Assembly: GCA_951406725.2 (NCBI GenBank)
Contig: OX597827.1
Location: 48,608,001 to 48,672,000, forward strand
Direction of reading: 5' to 3'
Origin: Octopus vulgaris
Taxonomy: Eukaryota
Length of the DNA: 64,000 nucleotides
Under the pieces are notes generated by a model that saw only the letters and a list, made by a program, of their open reading frames with translations, searched no databases and was not told the origin of the DNA. How positions within the stretch are numbered: position 1 is the stretch's first letter; every line of letters starts with the position of its first letter. A program made the position numbers and the translations under genes. Positions 55,046-64,000 of this stretch are shown here, piece by piece.

Positions 55046-55048
<3 letters not shown>
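54855..55048 (+). mobile_element. Dispersed copy of the 5930-6690 hammerhead-like family (another at ~61290-61490)
   Basis: CTTT-CTATGGA-AGAGC-GTAG-GCTC-GAAA-CG-TT-AAAG at 54928-54963; CACTTCCCGAGCGTTA; ends in (TA)n. Confidence 0.8.
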
Positions 55049-55084
<36 letters not shown>

Positions 55085-55174
55085 CACACACACATATATA
55101 TATGTATGCATGTATGTATGTATGTATGTGTCTATGTATATATATGTATATATGTGTATGTATAAAGGTAGGTT

Positions 55175-55253
<79 letters not shown>

Positions 55254-55526
55254 TGACAATGTGTCTGTTTGTGTATTTGCCACTTGATTTGCTTCTCAAC
55301 GCTAGAAAAGCTGATTACTTTGCACGGCCAAAAAGGGACCAATAGATCAACTGCCAAACGAAAAAGAAGCCATGGATAAAACGAACAACTGCAAACTTCA
55401 AGGAGATAATTCAGGATGGCCGCAGTCAGTGACTGCAAAAAAACAATACTGCTCATTCTATTTATCTCTGCCTGTATCCATTTCTCTCTCTCTCTCCCTC
55501 CCCCGTCTCCCTCTCACTCAATATAC

Positions 55527-55600
<74 letters not shown>

Positions 55601-55632
55601 ATCTCTCTCTCTATCTATCTATCTATCTATCT

Positions 55633-55686
<54 letters not shown>

Positions 55687-55732
55687 CAATAATAATTCTC
55701 TAAATGAGATATAGACAGTAACTGCTCCATAA

Positions 55733-55970
55733 CATAAGGGACTAAAGCCATCTGAATATGGCTAGGGACAGGGCAGGGTGGTGGGGGTGTTACTGTTGCA
55801 TTTACCCCAGGCGAACATCAACGTCGCCAGATAGGCTTGACACCATGACGCCGTGATGGTGTCAAGCCTATCTGGCGACGTTGATGTTCGCCTGGGGCTA
55901 AATGCAACAGGAACACCCCCACCACCCTGCCCTGTCCCTAGCCATATTCAGATGGCTTTAGTCCCTTATG
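55733..55970. repeat. Near-perfect palindrome, arms ~117 bp
   Basis: CATAAGGGACTAAAGCC...CACCATGACG-C-CGTGATGGTG...GGCTTTAGTCCCTTATG; about 3 differences. Confidence 0.95.
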
Positions 55971-56060
55971 GTATATATATATATATATATATGTAGGTCC
56001 CGGTTTGAGTCGGGGTTAACCACAGTAAATAAGGTACTCAATACGTAGCAGAGTAAATTA

Positions 56061-56191
56061 ATTTATTTTATAGAAGGAGTTTACAGGACTAGAACTGCTT
56101 CATTCAAATGAAATCATCAGGAAGCTTGCTGATGATTTCATTTTAAATGAAGCAGTTCTAGTTCTATAGAAGCTCCTTCTATAAAATAAAT
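56061..56191. repeat. Imperfect palindrome, arms ~60 bp, each with CTGATGA next to the centre
   Basis: ATTTATTTTATAGAAGGAG...TCATCAG-GAAGCTTG-CTGATGA...CTCCTTCTATAAAATAAAT. Confidence 0.9.
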
Positions 56192-56207
56192 ATATATATA
56201 TATATAT

Positions 56208-56246
<39 letters not shown>

Positions 56247-56313
56247 TACATATATACATATACATATATACATATACATATATATGCATATATATATATA
56301 TATATATACATAA

Positions 56314-56354
<41 letters not shown>

Positions 56355-56705
56355 TATATATAATATATGTGCATATGTATATCACTACATGAGAGACTAT
56401 CGAGAGGGGGGTGCCTTAAAAGAACATTTTCCTGATGACTATGTTATCATTTATTTCACTTGCAAATCAGTTCTAATCATTCTTGCAACCTGAAGCAAAT
56501 GGTACATTACTCTTTTACATTGTACTAATGATTATGTGTGTGTGTACGTGTAAAATACATAAATATATAAATACATATATACATGTAAACAAACGCATGC
56601 ATATATATATATACACACACGTGTATTCATATATGCATATACATACATACCTATATATATATATATATATATATACATACATACATACATACATACATAC
56701 ATACA

Positions 56706-56737
<32 letters not shown>

Positions 56738-57639
56738 CACATCCTATTCCAGAATCTATTCTTTTTTGTGTAACTTTTCTGCAGTAAAAAAAATGCGATA
56801 TTGTTTATTGAAATATGCAGTTTTCCACTATTTTCCTCCCCCTCTTTCGCACACACACACACATACACACACACACATACACACACACACAGACGCACAC
56901 ACTCAGAAACGCACGCACTCACACTCGCAAACTTACACACATACCTTATATTTATTAGGGATTACTTTCAAAGAAACTTTCTCTCGTTCGCTACACACAC
57001 ACACACAAAATGTTAAAGTTACTAACATATGTTACTTTTACTTCAATAATGATAAAACATCGCACATCTATTCACAAGAGGGACACATTAAGCAAAGCAA
57101 TGAACTTTCGTCACTTTTATTCCTAATTTTCCTACAGGCGTTAAACGACGTATGCTAAAGTGTTACAAGCTTCACCCCAAAACTGAAACCGGGTCGCTAA
57201 CAGAAGTAATTAGACGCGTTTCATCTTGTTCTTCTGTTCTGCGGTCGCAACAGTTTTATCTCATTACAATTGTCTCTTTTCTCTCTCATAACTATCTTTT
57301 CACCAACGAAATATATGCCTAATTTGACCTATGCTTGATATGCATTCATTCGCTTCTATGAAACGAATATAGCCTCGAATAACTAATTACTCTACCGCCT
57401 TCGGCGCTTTTCTATTTAATAACCATCTTTTGCTAATTATTATTCGGTATTATTATCAATACCGTTGGATGTACAATGTCGATAATTGTAAGAGAAACTT
57501 TATAGTTGTAGACTTTTCAACAATCTCGATATTTTATTATTCTATAGATGTGAAGCGGTGAGAGTTAGACAGACACAAAATAACGCTTCGAACGGTCTCT
57601 GGAGAATTTTTCTGATTAAATTGCCCATACATTCAGAGA

Positions 57640-57694
<55 letters not shown>

Positions 57695-57907
57695 ATAGAT
57701 AGATAGATAGATACAGACACATATACATGCAGAGAGGTTGGGACGCACCGTGCACATACACGCAGGCATATATACCTACCCATCCTACAGCACACACTTG
57801 TGTACACTCAGACCTGTATAACACACATATAGATGTACATGGATGTATACATATACATATACAAACATACGTACATATATGTATAAACATACACAAAACA
57901 TACACGA

Positions 57908-58004
<97 letters not shown>

Positions 58005-59403
58005 AATGTATGTTTCTATACTGAGAACGCTAATGTAGGTGGAGGAGCAGGGGGAGAAGGAGAAGGAGGAGTGGTAAGAGGGGAGGAGGAAGAGGAGCGG
58101 ATTACTGGCAGAATCGTTAGCGCGTCAAACTTTCAATGTAGACTTAAATTTGTTCAAGGTCGATAGAATAGAAAAGTGGTAGCATTTGAGATCTGGGGAC
58201 CGATGTAAACGAACCCACCCTCTCTCTGTGAATTTTCTGGTCTTGTGCCAAAATTAGAAATAATATTTGAGAACTTAGTTTGAGATGTTATTTATTCATT
58301 TAATTAGGAGTCAATTGCAAGCTCGTTTTTTTTAAATTAAATTCATTTGGGTTTGTGAGCCTTAACAGGGATCAGGTCAATGAAACATTCGTTTGATTAT
58401 ATATTCGTAACTTCATTAACCTAAAAAAAAATCCAATCCTGTTCAATGTCCGATCGTCCTACAAAAGGCTTCGCTCTATCCACCGCCTCCATTTCTTCAC
58501 TTTTGTCTATCAAAATAATCAAATATCTCATTGACCTCTCATTGTCTTCTATTTGACCTCGCAACTATAACGAATTTTTTTTCTTTTCGCCCCCTCTTTT
58601 TACAATTGAGTTTCGAATGAATGAGTTAAGGACATCCAAACTCACATTCACTACTATTGATATTAATTTACTCTCCCCCACTTTTTTTCATCTTCTTCAG
58701 TTTCATCTGTACTAGCCTGTTTTCGTCACCATCACCGATATTACCTTCACCAATACCACGACTTTCGCCACCACCATCATCAACATTACCACCATCACCT
58801 CCACCACTATTATCATAATCATCATCAGTATCATTCAACTATGGACAGATTATTTGTAAAGAAAACAATTGTCTGTTAGTCAGTCAAATTTACCTGACTT
58901 CATTCCTACACCACATTATCAGAACGGCCTCCTCCAAACATATTCCAAAACCAGTCACATTCTAGAGACCCCCACCTCCGCACATCGCCCACGTATATAA
59001 ATTCGGTACCGGAAACGAAACCAAACCGAAATTTCTGAGGACCACTTCATTTGTCCTCTTACACTAATCGGGGCCTCCGCGACTAAACTGGCGCGCCCAT
59101 TGGCTGCCTGGTAAACAAGGTTACTCGAAACCCAACAGGGCCTGTGAAAAGAACGATTGAATACATAGATACGTACATGTATACACACACACACATACAT
59201 ACATACAACCATACATACATACATAATATATATATACATGCATACACACAGGCATACATATATACATACATACATACATGCATACATACATATAATTAAA
59301 ATTGCAATAAGGGTGAAAAAAATTGAATATTAATTAATAACATCAATTTAAAACACCAAGTGGCCTAGCGTATAAAAAGACTGGGATACAGTAAACATTA
59401 TTA

Positions 59404-59568
59404 ATACAAGTAATAAGAGAGGGGCCACATGTGGTCACTCTAACGCTAGAAATAGATCCGCAAAGGGAATCCACCACTAAAGAATAATTCTTTAGTGGTG
59501 GATTCCCTTTGCGGATCTATTTCTAGCGTTAGAGTGACCACATGTGGTCCCTCTCTTATTACTTGTAT
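59404..59568. repeat. Near-perfect palindrome, 82-bp arms, 1-nt centre
   Basis: ATACAAGTAATAAGAGAGG...CTAAAGAAT-A-ATTCTTTAG...CCTCTCTTATTACTTGTAT; one mismatch seen. Arm is similar to 19010-19088. Confidence 0.95.
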
Positions 59569-60295
59569 ACATACATACATGCATACATACACACATACAT
59601 GTATACATACATACACACATGCATACATACATGCATACATACATACATATATAATACATATATATATACATACAGGCGTACATACATGCATACATATATA
59701 CACACATACATACACAAATACATATACACATACATACATACATACATACATACATACATACACACATACATACATAAATACATACATACACACATACATA
59801 CATGCATACATACATACAAAGTTTTTATTTTATACTACAAAGCCCGAAAATGAAGGGTTGGCTCTGCTCATCCAGTGGCTTCGTCTTTTATTAGCATTAG
59901 TAACTCGTCTTTTTGAATCAAATTTTCTTTACTATTTTATGTTTATTAGTATTCAATCTATTTGAATAAGATTACAAAAGTTTATCAAAAATTACTTAAT
60001 TGTAGAATTTAGTTTCCGTTAGTGTTTGCTAACTATGAGTTTGTTGGTCATTACACAATTCTTGTTTTATCAATTAGTATTTAATTTATATTAGTTGATT
60101 TTTAAACTATTAATATTTGTATTATTCATATCATATTAAATGGTGCGTTTAAGATATATATATATAGACACGTTTTTGATTTATAATCCGAGTACAGGCA
60201 TTTTGCTTGCATATTCCACACAACGTTAAGGTACATTTTCTCAGACCCTTGGGCACCAACGGAAATTAGTAATTAATATATTTATATGAATTTTA

Positions 60296-60665
60296 AGGCG
60301 GCGAACTGACCGAATCATTAGCATGTTGGAGAAAGTGCTTAGTGGCATTTCGCCGGTCTTTACATTGTTTAAGTACCCGTCGAGTACAGGGGTCGATGTG
60401 ACCGACCTATTCACCTCCCCAGAAATTGCTGGCCTTGTGCCAAAATTTGAAATCAGGGTATTATAAGATCTAAGACGGTGAGCTGACTGAATCGTTAGGA
60501 ACCCGGGCAAAACACCGCCATTTCATGTTTAAATTCAGCCGCGATCGACTTTTCCTTTCATTCTTTTGATATCGATAAAATTAGTACCACTGGTACACTG
60601 GGGTCGATGTAATTGAATTATGCACTTCCCCGAAATTGCTGATCTTGTTCCAAGATATGAAACCA
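60296..60665 (+). mobile_element. Two adjacent degenerate SINE family B copies (further remnants ~29780-29915, 58100-58262, 62140-62300)
   Basis: AAGGCGGCGAACTGACCGAATCATTAGC...GGGGTCGATG...GAAATTGCTGGCCTTGTGCC pattern twice. Confidence 0.8.
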
Positions 60666-61489
60666 ATGTATTCATATAATTTTATGAGCAGTGTTTTTTT
60701 TTCCTTTTATGCGTTATCGTCAACGAGTGCTGTTGATTTGTGATAGCATGTTTTTTTTTAATATTTTATGAATTACTTAATATCTACTCAAACATAGTTG
60801 ATGCAATGGTACTAATATATACTCTATGGGTTTCAGATAGCATTTCAATTTCTGACTGAGACCCACACCCACAGCCAACCCTACACAAGCATATAATACC
60901 TGACCACAGACAATATATGCACACATACACGACACGCATAAACAGAGGCAATTGTTTTCAGCCACAAATATACACTATACACATACGCAGTATTTAGTCA
61001 GAAACATACACACACACGCGCGCACACACCACATGAAGAAGAACACATCAACTGCTATAGACAACACACACACACACACATACACACATTACACACGTAC
61101 ACACACATATACGTCAAACGCACTCCTCCCCATATACACACATACATACTCACACACACCGTTCTCACATACACACACACGATTGCGCACCTTATTTCGT
61201 TGGGATTACCATTATTATCTCCCTATTATCAACCTCTTTTTTTTATTTTCTCCCCTACATTTACGCTATTTTGTTTCCAATAATCTTGCCATGTTGGACC
61301 TCTGAAATCTACAATAATTCTCCGTTTGTTTTTTCCATTCTCTCCCCATTTTTTCGTCTTGTTCTTTTCTATCGAAAAGCGTAGACTAGAAACGTAAAAG
61401 TCTTTTCCATTTCTCCCGATCGTTAAACTTTTACACTTCCTTCTTGTTCCTACAGCTGTCTTCGTCTCTTGTTTTCCTGTAAATTTGAA

Positions 61490-61531
<42 letters not shown>

Positions 61532-61640
61532 TCACAAATACATATATACATACACACTCGCACAGAGTCAACAGAGACATATATATGTATTTGTGTGTAT
61601 GTATACATACATGATGGTGAGCAAGTATGTGTATCAGCAC

Positions 61641-61701
<61 letters not shown>

Positions 61702-61764
61702 CGCGCATGTGTGTGTGCGTGTGTGTGTGAGTGTGTGTGTGTGTTATCATATTCGTAATTGAAG

Positions 61765-62130
61765 TTATATACTCACACCTGACAGAAAATAAACACATTT
61801 TCGAACGAGACCAAAAACTCGAACACACACTCATGCAAAAACGAAAATGAATCAACCAGCAGTGAACAGCAAGACACGAAAGCTAATAGCCTCAAGGGAA
61901 ACCGTAGCCTATGGCAGTTTTCAAAAGAACTCTGTCTTTCTCTGATTCACAACTCGTAAATTTAACTAAATCCCCAAGGAAATTTTTAGATATATTTCAC
62001 TTTTTCTTCTCTTGCCATATCTTTGTCATTTCTGAAGAGACAAATACTTCTTCGACCACTGAGTGAAGTTGCTTTCGAGCTGGAAGCATCGTTAAGGCGC
62101 TGAGAAATAATGCTTTGTATTATTTCTTCT
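61765..62130 (+). mobile_element. Possible decayed PLE 3' fragment
   Basis: [13 protein letters not shown]-like GIY-YIG tail followed by CTGAAGA and an ACTTC/GAAGT hairpin lacking intact GAAA. Confidence 0.35.
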
Positions 62131-62353
62131 TAGGCTTTAGAAACTCAACCAAGGTAAACTTTTTGAATTCCATTTACCACAGGGATTGAGAAAATAAAGT
62201 AGCAGTCAAATATTTGAGTTGTTGGTATAGACTTGGTCTAGATGTGATCGACAAGTCCCCGCTACCACCAAATTTCAGGACCCGTGCGTTTAGTAAAAAG
62301 GGTTATTATTGTTGTTGTTGTCGTTTTTGTCGTCGTCGTGGTTGTTGTTGTTA

Positions 62354-62423
<70 letters not shown>

Positions 62424-62424
62424 T

Positions 62425-62885
62425 GCTATCTATTGCTGTTTTCTGCAAGTGTTCCACCCTTATTGCAGCCACTATTTGTTCCACGTAGTTCTCGAGATTT
62501 TTGCTCACTGTTCCCAGGGCTCCGGCAGTTATTGGTACTACTGCTACCTTTTCATTGACCACCACTGCTTAACTTCCCAAGCTAACCTGTCGTATCTCTC
62601 GAGATTTCTTTCTTCCTCATCACATACATTGTGGTCAGCTGGGCATGCTATGTCTATGATCCAACATAGTTTGTTTTCTTTCTCAATTAAGACTATGTTC
62701 GGCTCCCAATTCTCAATCTCATGGTCACGCTGAATCATGAAATTCCATAGGATCTTTGCATTTCTATTTTCGATAATGCATTCAGGTTTGTGGTCGTACC
62801 AATTTTTTGTTCTGTCAAGTCCATACTTGTTGCAAAGTGTCCAATGGACAAGTCTGGCTATATTGTCATGGTGTCTCTTATATTC
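62425..62885 (-). mobile_element. R4/Dong-clade LINE 3' fragment (RLE domain) abutting (TAA)n
   Basis: RHHDNIARLVHW...KILWNFMIQRDHEIENWEPNIVLI...IIDIACPAD...ERYDRLAWEVKQWW...VVPITAGALG; (TTA)n at 62357-62423. Confidence 0.88.
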
Positions 62886-62949
62886 CTTATTATTATTATT
62901 ATTATTATTATGACAATTATTATTATTGTTACTGCTGTTGTTGTTGTTC

Positions 62950-64000
62950 TTCTTCTTTTACTTCTCAGAACGTTCGGTCTTGTTTGTTCTGGTAGATTCT
63001 CTGAGACCCAACAGCAGCCTACCACCAGAGGTCGCACACGGCGTTTTCCTGCACATTATAAGATTTGATACTTGGTTGTTAATTATCGTGGTGGACATTC
63101 AACATCCAAGTACCAATCTTGATATCCTAGCTGTTCCCAGCAGAGCAGCTTTTTTAGAGCTTGCTCTGCTCTCATGTCAAATCCGATTTCGGTGATATAT
63201 TTCTCGAACTTGGTTGTTAGTGCTCCGAGCGCCCCTACAACTACCGGAATGACAGACACTCTCCTTATAGTCCACATTCTTGTAATTTCATCTTTTAGTA
63301 ATCTGTATTTTACAATCTTTTCTAGTTCTTTGTCACTTATGCGTGCATCTCCAGGTATTTCAAAATTTATGATCTTAGTTTCCTTCTGTCCTTAATCTAC
63401 CACAACAATATCTGATCTCCGAGCCTCGATTAGGTGGTCATATTGGATTGTAAAATCCCACAGTATCTTACGTTCATTATTCTCGGTGACGCCTTCTGGT
63501 TCATGTTCTTATCATTTCCGTACTCTCTTCAGGCCGTACTTTTCACATAGCCTCCAGTGGATGACCTTAGCCACGTTATCGTACTCCTTTTGTAGTGCTT
63601 TTGGGACAGCTGGCTACACTTACTCACAATATGTCACGTTGTTTCGTTTCTGCTGCCACACGTTCCACAAAGGGGCGATTTGCTAGTCCTATCTATTTGG
63701 ATCTTGATGTAGTTAGTTCTCAGAGCTTGTCCCTGGGCGCTGCATATCAATGCCTCAGTGCATCCTTTCAGATCACTTTTTCTTAGCCATCTCCAAGTGT
63801 TGATCTTGTCTTTTCCTTCGATTTCTCTGAAGTATTGTTCATGCAGTGGTTTCTGTTTCCAGTCGTTTACGCTTTCTTCTTCATCTTGTTTCTTAAATGT
63901 TTGTGGGTGCTTCACATTTTCGGTAGGCATTATATTGTTAATTCTAACAGCGTCAAGTAAGGATTCATTCTGCTGTTTGATGTACTATCCCAAACTGTTC
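62950..64000 (-). mobile_element. Second R4/Dong-clade LINE 3' portion (zinc knuckle plus RLE), running off the window end
   Basis: WRWLRKSDLKGCTEALICSAQGQALRTN...CGTCGSRNET, KILWDFTIQYDHLIEARRSDIVV, VIPVVVGALG; 3' end abuts (TTA/TTG)n at 62887-62947. Confidence 0.9.

Overview
AT-rich, microsatellite-saturated eukaryotic DNA. The tRNA-derived SINE families and (TA)n/(CA)n/(GATA)n/(TACA)n density suggest an octopus-like cephalopod genome (inference). I found no host protein-coding gene; almost all listed ORFs are microsatellite translations. The only long ORF (47849-49072) is the uninterrupted 3' half (RT motifs 4-7, thumb, Cys-rich linker, GIY-YIG) of a recently inserted Penelope-like element (PLE), flanked by ~570-bp near-identical inverted pseudo-LTRs inside (TA)n. 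The rest is three SINE families plus decayed R4/Dong, RTE, CR1, Tc1/mariner and hAT(m)-like fragments. The recurring unusual signal is a set of PLE-associated non-coding units, mostly embedded in (TA)n or related microsatellite, that carry hammerhead-ribozyme-like cores (CUGANGA...GAAA), several non-canonical. They occur as tandem, circularly permuted and fold-back arrangements, alongside several near-perfect palindromes. Coordinates were read by eye and element ends are approximate.
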